Assembly (NCBI GenBank): GCA_010909165.1
Contig: VJWM01000258.1
Coordinates: 1 to 64,000 of the forward strand
Source: Anthoceros angustus
Taxonomy: Eukaryota > Plantae > Anthocerotophyta
Direction: 5' to 3'
DNA: 64,000 bases
Below the pieces are notes generated by a model. It was not told the origin of the DNA and did no database searches. It worked only from the letters and a program-made list of their open reading frames with translations. The translations under genes and the position numbers were made by a program. Every line of letters starts with the position of its first letter. The first letter of the stretch is position 1. Positions 1 to 15,215 of the stretch are shown one piece after another.

Positions 1-30
1 GGTACACCGAAATGGCCTCACCGTAATAGA

Positions 31-600
31 GGTAATAAAGGCCCACCTTCGCGAGTATAAGAGGGCCAAGGCCCAATAAATCATCTTCTTGGTGTTGATG
101 CCGCTCTGCACCTTTGTGTGTCTTCTTGCTAACGTGAGTCCCGAGTCACCGAAAGGTGCACGTACCCGGGAGATTGATCGGTCCCGTGACGACCTAACGG
201 TGTGTGTGGAAGGGTGATCGGTGACGCCCGAGCCGCCCAAGACCGAACGGATCGAACGGTGAGCCGGAGGAACTCCGGAGGCGGCAGAGCCCGGACGAGA
301 GGCCCGCGAACGACGAGGAGGTCCGGACTGTAACCCGCAAGGCCTTTTCTAAGACCGAGGAGTGTAGCGTGAGGGGAGAGAGGAAAAGGACCGATGTGAG
401 GACGGATGTGAACGATACGGACGCGAAACGCTGGCCATACCGGCCTGTGACGGTGAACGCTAGAGTAGTTAGAGTATGTGTGTGGAGGTCAACGAGCGCT
501 ATGAGGTAAGAATCACCAAACGGTAAACGGAGCCTATCATTCCCTTGGGAACGGACTTCTTCCTACAACGACACGGATTGTGCGCTACCTACCGCCATCA
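31..600 (+). mobile_element. LTR of Athila-like Ty3/gypsy family B (3' LTR or solo LTR; left context outside window)
   Basis: Shares TAATAAAGGC...TATAAGAGGGC...TTGGTGTTGAT...GAGTCCCGAGTCAC...TTGGGAACGGAC...TACAACGACACGGA with copies at 12534, ~14230 and (reverse) 18954, 20690. Right boundary approximate. Confidence 0.65.
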
Positions 601-2821
601 AAAGTCGCCACACGTAATCTCGAGCTGCCCTGAATTGCTTTCCCTGACAGTAGCCAAGGCTAATGCCTCGCCTCGAGCATGGGGAGGTGAGTTTTAGTTA
701 GTAAGTTGTGAAAGCAGGTCTGCTCAAAGGGCTCTGAACAAACGTCCCAACTTACTAGCTAAATCTCATGCTCTCCCAAGAGACATGCGTACATGCCTAT
801 TAAAAGCAACAATTGACGTGGTCTTCTCTCCCAACTCTTTGATGCCTAGTTGGATGCTCTCCTATATGGGTTCGCTTTAGTGGGTTTGTGAAATCTCGAG
901 CAAATCTGTAAGAGATCCGGCCCGAAGACTGACTGGAAAGTCAGGACCTTGCCCTGAGCTACGTCACGCGCTCAGAGCTCCATGTTACAACCGTGCGGCA
1001 TATGCTGGGAAGTTAGGAGGCATGTTCTGAGCATGTTGATGCCAGAGTTTCGTTTTGGTACCAAGTACATTTCCATGCCTTGGTAAATGCTTTTTTCAAT
1101 CCCTGTGCACGCGATGGAGCGAAACCGCCAACTGGAGAAGGCTGAACATTGCAGTGTTGGCTGTGAGAGGAGGACAAATGTCATTCCCCTGCTGGATTCA
1201 TCATCAAAATCTGAAAGTTGCATGTCATTCCTGCAAGTCCTATTGGCTCCATTTCCGTGTATACAATTATAAGCACAAAGTTGTTGTGCGTAGAGGTTAG
1301 GCTTGGCGGCAGCGCGCGAATGACGAAGGCTGAAGAGAAGCAAGCGGTTGGTGAGAAGTGCAGGAACTTGTGACGAGAATGTGGTGAGGCATGAATGCGC
1401 TGCGTGTGTTGGTAGTCAGCTAATAAACCATAATCCGTGTGCCGTTGGCTTGGCTTGTTTGTCCTTAGGCTGCTGGAGCACGGGCCATGCGAGCGGCTAT
1501 GGCCTTGGGCTGCTAGGCAGGAGCCGCTGGGCTTGCGGCGGGGGAGCAGGAGGCTTCAAGGGCTCGGAAGGCCAGGCGGGAGCGGCGGAGCAGTTCTGAG
1601 AGGCCTGTGACCCTGGAGAGGGAGGCGATGAGCTGCGTCCTTGTGGACAAGCAAGGGCAGTCAGTCGGTGAAGCATCTGCTCAAGGATGTGCACGGAAAT
1701 GTCTCAGCTGAATGTGCTGGCGAGGCAGCTGGCTGGCTCCAGCAAGCTACGTAACGGCTGGAGTGGATTGGTGTCGATTAATTGCGGTACTGCTGCAGAT
1801 GCTCACTCGGGCCTCAAGGTTGCGTCAGGCAAGATGATCTCTTCTTCTCGCAGCTCACTGTGAGGGATACCGTGACGTTCGCGTCCGACCTCCAGTTGCC
1901 GAACTCGGTGGATAATTAAGGGTAGTATGGCCATAAGCTCGGGTATCATCTTCGGCTCTATCTTCTGGGGATGGGACTCCTGCAGAAATCTATACAAGAT
2001 CGCATGGGGCTATTGCAGGTGGCAGCTACAAACACAACAATGAATTTGCGGGTCTTGTGACAGTGGAGGCATCTGCAGCAACTGCAATGGGATCGGCAGT
2101 GGGAGCCATCGTGCCCACTTCGGAGGCGGCCATGGCAGCTAGTTGGGCCATTCGCTCATGACAGTCTTCAACGTCTTCGGTGGCTACTATGTCGACTCCG
2201 AATACACACCCCAAATATTCAGATGGATGCCACAGGGACATCAGCTGGGCATTTCAGGGCCTAAGCATTAACGAGTTCAAAGGTCTGACATCCGAAGCCT
2301 CCAGTCCTGATGTTTGGAATGGTGAGCAAGTTTTGGAGCGGCTATCGTTTGTCGAAAGCTCGGCAGCAGACGCACTGCAACAGGGGTTGGCATTGCTTTG
2401 GCCTGTACTGGCTGACGAATTCGATCTTGAGAAGAAAGAGACTTCGATACCAAGGCCTGGAGGCTCCACCTCCACGACAATCCAGTTGAGGAAAGGAAGG
2501 GTAGTAGGTAGTGGAACATTCATACATGTTGTTTTACATTCATACATGCACCAAAATGGCAAGGTACGGTAGGTGCCTTCCAAACAAAGTTATGCAGCTG
2601 TGGAGGACAAACTAAATTGTGGACATGCCAAACAGTTTTGTGGCTCCATGAAGTCAACCTGAGAGATCTCAGTGGCCTACATACTTTCCCTGGGGCAAAT
2701 GCAACAGCTGAGCACTAGAGGCAAATTGTGGGTCCATGCAGCCTCTGGGTGCGACAGAATGAAGGGTGGTCAACTTGCTCCCACTAGGCATTGGCATATA
2801 CTTCAACATTGATAGACTACT

Positions 2822-6087
<3,266 letters not shown>

Positions 6088-6276
6088 GGTCATTGAGCCG
6101 GTGATATCGCTCTCACTACGTACGCAACGCTGGCCTAACAACCTTATCTCCAATTAGTGGCAGGCTGCAACAAGTAGACCACCCAATTACAGCGCCCACA
6201 CCGCCCGATGCAGCCTGTAGCCTGTAGCCAACATCGGAGGAATTGCGTTACATTACGACCGGAGTGGAGATTCTAG

Positions 6277-6605
6277 ATGCCAGGCAAGAACGTGGAGAGA
6301 CATGAAAAGAACACAGAGTTTTGAAGAATGAAATACTTAGCACCTCTAATAGGTAGGACGCCTCAAATAGTTAGCACCTCCTTTTTGGATTACCAAATCG
6401 GCAGTTCCATGCGTGTAATAATCGAGATTACGTTAGGCACCACCGCATTGGAGATTCTACATGGCAGGCAAGGTGGACAGACATGGAGAGTTTTGAAGAA
6501 TGAAATAATCAGCACCTCTACTAGTTAGGACGCCTCAAATAGTTAGAGGCTCCTTTTGCATTACCAAATCGGCAGCTCCCTGCATGTAATAACCAGATTG
6601 CATTT
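6277..6605. repeat. ~185-bp diverged tandem duplication upstream of CDC48
   Basis: 6277-6435 and 6461-6605 share GGCAGGCAAG..GTTTTGAAGAATGAAATA..AGCACCTCTA..GGACGCCTCAAATAGTTAG..TTACCAAATCGGCAG. Confidence 0.85.
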
Positions 6606-7898
6606 GCTAATGGACTAACTTTAGCATTGATATGTAGAGTACCTACTTATACTCACATATATAGACATGGCATATAATTATTTATTTTAAGAGTGAATTT
6701 TAATCAATATATATATATACCTACTTTTGGACTCTTCTTTTACGAGAAAAAATTACACATAGGTCTTTGTCGTGGCAGATGCCTTGGAATGAAATCAATA
6801 GGCCTGTATAGATATAGCATATATAGGCGGGAGCAAGGGCATGCTGTAGCCCAGTAGGATAGTAGTTTGCCTCACGGGTCGAGATCATCCGTCGCCATGT
6901 GTGTGCATCTCATGGACATGTCCAGTAGCCAGTGTCAAGGTGTGAGTCGAGAGTGTGCATCCACGACGATAGCCGGTAATACCATTGTCCTAGGTATGAT
7001 GGCGGTGTGCGCCAAGAGCTGAAGGCAGTAATGCAACAAGTGATTGAAGCTAGTAAAGTATGAAAGTCTAATGTGACCATAGCTTCCTTGAAAGACATGT
7101 CCATTGAAGGGTTAGAGGGATCGGAGGCTGCAGCAAGATCTACATATATATGTGATTCCACAATTCCGGTTTCTTTGTTAACACGGCTCCTACCTCACTA
7201 GGGAATTTAGCCCTACACAATCAATAATTGCAATTGGCTTGTGGTTTCTCGGTGCTTATACACCTGCACAATTGCTACATGGAGGACATGGCTAGAAATT
7301 TATGCTCATGTTCAAACTTTCATCCAGCTACCCACGGTGTGACATCTTTCAAATTCTATGAGTCAATAGTATTGCACAAGGTCCAGTTCCTCATGAATGG
7401 GTTAGCAATAGCATACTACACTATTTGGTTTTCACTAAATACTTGGTTACGGTGCTTTCACCCTACCTTGCACGTTGGTTTTCCTTAAGGAGAGCTTGTA
7501 ACAAATCAATCAATCAATCATCAAGTCGATCATGGATACATATATTACTTATAAAAACCTAAATATTGTATATATATGATTGCGCTTGAGAGGTTTTTTC
7601 CTAATTGGATACTTATATAATTCTTTTAACTCAATTGGAAAAGTCATACCATTTTATGGACAAAATAAACATTTCTTTTACATAGCAGTTTCGGTAATAT
7701 TATGTTACATCGACATTATGTTGTAGTGATCGAAAACCGCCTCGAATGTACTATATATGTCCCTCAAAGGAGGTCTATTTGTAGGTTGTTTGACTTGCAT
7801 TGTTCTCAATTACACTTCTTCATTAAGACTCTCTCCATAGCTAGTTCTCCAATTCTATTGTGTAACCGCATACAAGATTCTCTCTCATAGTTGTAATC

Positions 7899-9366
7899 AT
7901 GGGGAGGGTGCGGTTGTGGAAAGTCATGGGAGATGTATGTTGGGCATCTCACTTGGTTTGTCGATAGCTTGTATTGTAGCCGCTAGTGGCGGCTTGATAT
8001 TTGGATATGACATTGGTATATCGGTGGGGTAACTGGGATGGATGATTTCCTCGAAATTCTTTCCTAATGTTTATGCCCGCAAACAATTGGCACATGAAGA
8101 TGATTATTGTAAATATGATAATCACGTTCTTCAATTTTTCACATCGCCTCTTTATCTCGCTCTTTTGGCCTCCTTCGGCATCTACTTAGTAGAAACTATG
8201 GAAGGATTTCATCTATTCGCATTGGGGCCGACTTCTTGTGTGGTGCCCTTTTGAATGGATTTGCCAACATAGAAATGTTGATTATTGGAAGAATTTTATT
8301 AGGAGTAGGAGTTGGGTTTGGGAATCATCGGTTCCTCTATATCTCTCGAAATGGCTCCGCTCATCTAGGAGCTTTGAACATGATGTTCCAATTGGCTATC
8401 ACTATAGGTATCCTTGTTGCTGGACTCATCAACTATCATATGGCGACAATTTCTAATGGTTGGAAATGGTCACTTGGATTAGCTGCCATCCCAGCGGGGT
8501 TGATGTTGACAGGCAGCTTCTTCCTTCCAGACACGCCAAACAGTTTGATTGAAAGAGGTCATTTGGCGGAAAGAGAGTTCTTTGTAGAACTAGAGGCATT
8601 GAACTTTTGAAGTTGAGCAAGAGTTTGAGGATATTCGCAGCAAGTTTGCGATCCAAGCTTGTGGAGAAACCATACAAGAGCATATTGGAAAGGAAAAATC
8701 CCACAACTTGTGATGACTTTACTTATTCCTTTGTTTCACGAGGAATAAATGCGATTATGTTTTATGTGTTGTTCCGGACAATTGGCTTTGGTAGCAAGGC
8801 ATCTCTTTATTCCTCGATTTTTGAGTCGTTAACCGTAGCAACTCTTGTTTCTATAGCAACGGGAGGATTGGACGTGAAAATTGTTCTTACAAGGAGGCAT
8901 ACAAATGATAACCTCTCAGCTGATTATTGGCATCATTCTTGCTTGCTTATTTGGTGGTACAAAACAATTATCTCACTCGGCGATCGGCGTCATCATTGTT
9001 ATCACATATGTAGCTTTTTTGCTTGGTCATGGGGACCACTTGGGTGGCTTGTTCCTAGTGAGATTTTTCCCATGGAAACTCGTTCAATGTCAAGCTATCA
9101 ATGTTTCTATGAACATGCTCTTCACGCTTCATAATCGCCCAAGCCTTTTTGAGCATGCTATGTCATCTTGATGGCATATTCTTTTTCTTCGCAGTTGGGT
9201 ACTTATCATGACTATCTTCATCTATTTCTTCTGAAACTAATGGTGTTCACATAGATGACATGCACCACATTTGGAGAGCACACCTTGGTTTTGGAAGAAG
9301 ATTGTTCCAAATGAAGAAAACACTACGCGAGCACCTCAAGTTCCCACGATTGTCAATGTAGTCTAA
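7899..9366 (+). CDS. STP: Sugar transport protein (STP/MST hexose-H+ symporter, MFS), apparently intronless, many frameshifts
   Basis: Piecing frames gives AASGGLIFGYDIGISGG, DDYCKYDNHVLQFFTS, MLIIGRILLGVGVGFGN, GALNMMFQLAITIGIL, FFLPDTPNSLIERG, FAWSWGPLGWLVPSEIFP, ETNGV..FWKKIVP. Confidence 0.85.
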
Positions 9367-10036
9367 TTACTAGGTACATATGTACCATATGTGTTCCATA
9401 ATGTTAGTATGTCAGTGATATGTTAGTTTTTTCTAGGTTTCTCCCTGTATTGTTGCATCCACTTTAATGTACGTGAATGTACATGGAAGATGTTACTTGT
9501 GATTCAAATTTGGAATTAGATGTGGATTCTTAGATGATTTGAAATTCATAGATTGTAGTATCAATAGATATCCACGATTCATGTCAATTAGTACCAAAAA
9601 CAACGTCCAGGGAAAAACGGCTTATTCCATTATTTTGGACTTTTCTGCAAAACATTCCAATTTTTCGTGTAAAAAACAGTGAAAACTTAGATACACCAAA
9701 ACCATGGCCCTATATGCTTGGATCCACGAATCTGCCAACCCTCGATCCAACCGAACGATGGAAGTCACGAAAACTAAATTTTATTGTCAGGATAATCCCG
9801 TACCTTGTTTACGGTTTCAAAGGCTGGATTCCATTTACTCGCATGCGGGATGGTCTATGAGCTGTAACATGTACTCTAAAGAGAGCGACTTGGACATGTA
9901 TGTGATATGTAGCCGCACAAATTTCTACAACATCCCTCATGTCCTTCCATTATGTTCCGACTCATGTGTGTCGTCCAAGTACATGTACGCATGTACATGT
10001 ACTTGATCCGCACCACGTCACAATCATGTAAACCGG

Positions 10037-10122
10037 TTAAGAAAAGGATTTACACGAAGCTAAGGGGGGTGCACGGGTATGTCGACGCACCCCCATCAAA
10101 ATCATGTAAATCCTACTCTTAA
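10037..10122. mobile_element. Tiny MITE-like hairpin flanked by TTAA
   Basis: TTAAGAAAAGGATTTACA (10037-10054) and TGTAAATCCTACTCTTAA (10105-10122) form a 16/18 inverted repeat; inner GGGGGTGC/GCACCCCC stem. Confidence 0.45.
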
Positions 10123-10598
10123 GGTGCAAAGTCATCAGTCATATCCGCAAGTTCTGCGATGCAAATGTGCACTAGCATCGGTATACAAACGCACCACCCT
10201 CATCATCTTGCGACCTTGCCAAAGATCCATTGTCGCTATTTAATAAAACACAATTGTTCTTCATTCATTGTCTAGCATTTAAACCATGTTCTTTGACAAA
10301 TGCAAGATTCAGGTAATTCACCAACTACCATGAAGACGTGGCCTCATCCTACTGATAAGGCCTCTTAGACGGTACTAAGTGTCGTCTTCAATAGCCACAT
10401 CATCGTCGTTGTTGTTCGCCCTTCCACGGCCTTGGTTCTCCTGGATTGGCATATCTTCTTGCACGGAGCGGAGCGTCATAAGGTTTTGCTTGATAATTGA
10501 ATGTGTTTGGGCCTTCAGCTGTTTAATTCGAGTTAGTTCAAACCATAGGTAAACAAATGTGTCAAGAATGATCGATCTCGCACATTCTTCTTAGCGAA

Positions 10599-12391
10599 AT
10601 GGGCGAGGTGCTCCAATTTGTCGAGCATGAAACACGTAAGAGGCACCTGCCAGGGAGGACACATGGGAAGGAAGTGGCTGGGAAGAAGCGGAGGGAGCAC
10701 GTTGGCGAAGAGGGCCAAGAATTGGGCCGGCAGGGGCGAGCAGAACCTTTGGGCTCGGCTAAAGGCGAGAGAGGCGAGGCCTGCAAGGCAGAGAGATCAC
10801 TACCGCCGGGATAGGAGCAGATGAAGGAGGCGGGGAGCGCCCGCAAGCAAGCAAGGCGGAGCCTTGGCATGAGCAAGCGTATGGCCGTGGTGAGGAGATG
10901 GAAGCGAGCGCCAAGGAGTTGGGGATCTCCGTGCCGATGAATGAGATAGCGCCAGGAGCTGGAGGGCCAGAAGGAGACTCTGGAGCTGCGACTTCGAGTA
11001 GTGGAAGAGCGGATTGGACTCCTTCAAGGGCGGATAGGAAATCACAAGCGGGAGATAGAACGACTCTAGCTTTGCTTGAGAGTAGAGGAGGGCCACTGGG
11101 GCAGCAAGGAGCAGGACATCGCCGAGCTGGAAAGAGAGCCGGACGACGCCTGGGCGGATGGAACAGGATATGGCGGCCCTGAAGGAGAAAATGGCAGGGC
11201 AAGAGAGGGCTATGAAGGAGGAGCAGAAGCTGCTGATCCGCCTACGGAAGGCGGAGGCGGAACTCCGGTCCATGGCCGGAAAGTTGGCCCGAGCTGCAAA
11301 AACAGCAAGAGGAGGAGCGCATCAAGGAGAGGCAACGACTCCAGGAAGTGGCGGAAGCCGCCTTAACGGCTTCACGAGACTCAGCCAGGACTAGGCTAGA
11401 CGACCTCGTGATAGGGACGGCGCAGCAAGCAACCAGGCACGCCCAGCTACCAGAGAATCTCTGGAGGCGGGAGTATCGAGTGCTGCACGCTCATGTGGAA
11501 GAGGCCATCCAACAGGTCGACTCCGACTTCGTGTATTATCACGCGGAGCTCTTGAAGGCAGTAGGAGCAGTGCACCACGCGGCCGACATTGAAGGACCGC
11601 CCGAGGAGTCGGAGGGGGCTTGGAGAGACGAAGGCCTTGGGGAGAGCCTTGACCACAAGGAATCACAGGAGCCTGTTTGGTAGCGAGGCGGCGGCGAGAG
11701 GGCCCGAGAGGACGGTTGACCAGAGGAGGGTGAAGCGGCGGAGACAACAAGACCAGAGCTAGGTCCATCGCACCCAACGTCGGGAGGGGAAGAGAGAGCT
11801 CCGGAGGAGAACACAGGAGGAGAAGTCCCGGAGGCGCGGCTAGAGGACCTAGCACAGGAGGGGACGAGGCAAGGGAACGAAGGAAGAGTGGGTCCGGACG
11901 GGGAAGTCGGCCACTTGGGGGAAACTCCGGACTTGGACGTCCGGAGATCGGAGAGGACAGACCCCGTGGTCCGGACTCAGGAGGCGAGGACGGACCCCGA
12001 GGTCCGGACTCAGGAGGCGAGGACGGACCCCGAGGTCCGGACTCAGGAGGCGAGGACGGACCCCGAGGTCCTGACTCAGGAGGCGAGGACGGACCCCGAG
12101 GTCCGGACTCAGGAGGGGGGAACGAGTCCAATAGTTATAACCCTGGAAGTGGAGGTAGGGGTGGTTGAGAGTCAGTCTCAACCAGCCCAGGAAGAACGGG
12201 CTCCGGACGGACCCGCAGAGCAGGGACTCACCAGCGCACCAGTGGACAGTGAGGAGGAGGACTTAGTGGTCACCGCAGTTGTCAGTCCACCTCCAGCGGC
12301 GCAGCCTAACAGAATTAGAGGTAGGGGAAGAGCCTCTGCGGGACTCCGGGGGTCGGGGATCATCCGATTGGGTGCGGCCCGCAGATGCTAG
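10599..12391 (+). mobile_element. Family B element copy B1: fragmented env-like/accessory ORF2 (coiled-coil, then 11-aa repeats)
   Basis: Overlapping ORFs (MEQDMAALKEKMAGQERAMKEEQK; EAALTASR..RREYR..YYHAELLKA; EEEDLVVTAV..IIRLG) are homologous to minus-strand ORFs at 19018-20166 and 20918-21601. Followed by a purine-rich tract and an LTR. Confidence 0.7.
11961..12117 (+). repeat. 33-bp tandem repeat (~4.5 copies) encoding TDPEVRTQEAR; shorter array at ~13740-13850; degenerate reverse arrays at ~19300-19570 and ~20990-21250
   Basis: Unit ACCCCGAGGTCCGGACTCAGGAGGCGAGGACGG read directly. Confidence 0.95.
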
Positions 12392-12533
12392 AGCTGGGGA
12401 TTGGGCTGCCAGCACCAGGGAGGAATCATGTTCAACCACAGCCCCACCGCCGTAGATGTAGGTAGGGAAAATAGGGGAGGAGGAGAGCCACTTGCTGGGG
12501 CATAGTGAGCTGGACATTAGCTTGAATTAGGGG

Positions 12534-13250
12534 TGTCATAAAGGCGCTCCCTCAGGACGTAGTATAAGAGGGCGATTGCCACTCAAGTAAAGGGATCTTT
12601 CTTTTGGGGTTGATACCGCATTATCTTTGCAGGCCCTTGTGTGTCTCTTGCTAATGCGAGTCCCGAGTCACTAAGCGGGCAGTGTACTCCGGAGAGACTG
12701 ATCCAGGTCCTGGTGGCGGACCCTAAACGCGTGGTGGTGTGTGTACAGGTGCGGAGGACTCCGGATCCCTGCTCCTCCCGGGCAGAGGTTCGACGACCGA
12801 CGGACCGGAGTGGGCGTGATTAGCCGGACTCCGAGAGGGGCGTGCAGAGCCTGGACGGCGAGACCTGGTGGACGCGACGCGGAGGTCTGTAGCCTACACA
12901 TACCCGATCGTGAACCTCAACTGGCATATTGGGTGCAAGCAAGAACGGTAGGAGAAACGAAGTGAGGGAGGGGGTAAGTGAAGATCGGTAGATTTTGGAC
13001 GCAAACGGGTCCTTAAACGTTTGGCCATCCCGGGCCTGTACGGTGAACGAGTAGGGTGACGTAGGGAAGGGTAGACTAACTACTGACTGGGTGGACGAGA
13101 GCGTGAGGCGGTGACCTAAGGTAGCCATTGTCCTTAACGCGAGAGTGTTTGGAAACGGAACTTGCATAAACGGAACAAGACATTCACTTGGGAACGGACC
13201 CCATATTACAACGACACGGGACTGGTGTGCGCCCGGCTGGTCGTCAACAA
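12534..13250 (+). mobile_element. Family B LTR (3' LTR of B1)
   Basis: Starts TGTCATAAAGGC right after AATTAGGG; TATAAGAGGG box; U5 ...TACAACGACA. Candidate end GTCGTCAACA at ~13250. Confidence 0.7.
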
Positions 13251-13534
13251 AAGTAGCAAACAGCGTCTGTGTAGAAAGGGGTTTCTCTTGTCAAAAGGGG
13301 TTTTGGAAAAAATCCCAACCCTATTTCGCCAGAAACTAATGTTGGTTTGGTTTTGTTGGTTTTTGTAGGTGTTCATCCATCGGTTTCGGCATCGTGGCGG
13401 GCTTTCTTGTATGGTTGGGTGGGCCGTGCTAGGAGGTTGAGCAATCCTCACATGTTTCTTCTGTCGACGAGGGGCCATTCGTGACGATTGCTTGCAATCC
13501 ACACACGACCTTTCAAAATCACCATTCACGGCGA

Positions 13535-15215
13535 GGGGAAGAGAGAGCTCCTGAGGAGAACACAGGAGGAGAAGTCCTGAGGCGCCAGAGGACCCCATAT
13601 GAGGGACGAGGCAAGGGAACGAAGGAAGAGTGGGTCCGGACGGGGAAGTCGGCCACTTGGAGGAAACTCCGGACTTGGACGTCCGGAGATCGGAGAGGAT
13701 GCACTGCGTGGTCCTGACTCGAGGGCGAGGACGACCCCAGGTCCCGACTGAGGCGAGGACGGACCCCGAGGTCCGGACTCAGGAGGCGAGGACGGACCCC
13801 GAGGTCCGGACTCAGGAGGCGAGGACGGACCCCGAGGTCCTGACTCGTGAGGGGAACGAGTCCACAGTTATAACCCCGGAAGTGGAGGGGTGGCTGAGAG
13901 TCACCAACCAGCCCAGAAGAACGGGCTCCTGACGGACCCGCAGAAAGGTGGACTCACCACAGCACTGGACAAGGAGGAGGAGGACTTAGTGGTCACCGCA
14001 GCTTGCCGGGCCCACCTCAGCCCCATGCACTGGAGGTAGGGGAAGAGCCTCATGGGACTCCGGGTCGGGATCATCCGATTGTGCCCGCAGATGCTAGAGC
14101 GGGATTGGGCTGCCAAAGACGGAGGAATCATGTTCAACCACCCCCACCGCCAGAGATGTAGGTAGGGAAAATAGGGAGGAGGAGGAGAGCCACTTGTCTA
14201 CAGTGAGCTGGACATTAGCTTGAATTAGGTGTCATGGCGCTACGCCTCGTGATTTAGTATAAGAGGGGCGATTGCCACCAAGTAAAGGGATCTTCTTTTG
14301 GGGTTGATACCGCATTATCTTTGCGTGCCCTTGTGTGTCTCTTACACGCGAGTCCCGAGTCACTAAGCGGGCGTGTACTCGGAGAGATCGATCCAGTCCC
14401 GTGGCGGACCCTAAACGCGTGGTGGTGTGTACAAAAGGAGGACTGGATCCGCCTCCTCCCGTGTAGGTTCGACGACCGACGGACCGAGTGGCGTGATTAG
14501 CCTGACCGAGAGGGGCGGTGAGCCCTGACGGCGAGACCGTGGACGCGACGCTGAGGTCTAGAGCTCACATACCCGATCGTGAACCTCAATCGGCATATTG
14601 GGTGCAAGCAAGAACGGTAGGAGAAACGGCGGAGGAGGGGTAAGTGAAGATCGGTAGATTTTGGACGCAAACGGGTCCTTAAACGTTTGGCCATCCCGGG
14701 CCTGTACGGTGAACGAGTAGGGTGACGTAGGGAAGGGTAGACTAACTACAGCTCGGGTGGACGAACGCGTAGAGGCGGGTGACCTAAGGTAAGCCATTGT
14801 CCCTTAACGGCGGAGAGTGTTTGGAAACGGAACTTGCATAAACGGAACAAGACATTCACTTGGGAACGGACCCCATATTACAACGACACGGATCGTGTGC
14901 GCCCGGCCGGTCACAACAAAAGTAGTAAATCTGAAAGGGTTTCTCTTGTCAAAAGGGGTTTTGGAAAAAATCCCAACCCTATTTCGCCAGAAACTAATGT
15001 TGGTTTGGTTTTGTTGGTTTTTGTAGGTGTTCATCCATCGGTTTCGGGCATCGCTGGCGACGGGCTTTGCTGTATGGTTGGGTGGGCTGCCGTAACCGGA
15101 GGTTGAGCAATCCTCACATGTTTCTTCGGTGTCTGACAGAGGACGCTGTCAGCTACGTGACCTGATTGCTTGCAATCCACACACAGCCTTTCAAAATCAC
15201 CATTCCCCTGGCGAG
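13535..15215. repeat. ~1.7-kb tandem duplicate of 11790-13530 (ORF2 repeats + LTR + 3' end of element A gag)
   Basis: Collinear sequence and near-identical ORFs (13630 vs 11888, 14817 vs 13145, 14558 vs 12820). Confidence 0.9.

Noticed and set aside
58-66. TATAAGAGGG resembling a plant rDNA Pol I initiation site
   Set aside because: No rRNA sequence nearby; every copy lies inside the family B LTR, so it is read as the LTR TATA box.
972-2600. Cluster of 60-130 aa ORFs between the LTR and the CDC48 3' end
   Set aside because: No recognisable motif or consistent splice pattern; could be a fragmented gene but cannot be supported without a search.
11888-12117. CRISPR-like regular repeats
   Set aside because: Head-to-tail 33-bp units without unique spacers, in eukaryotic TE context.
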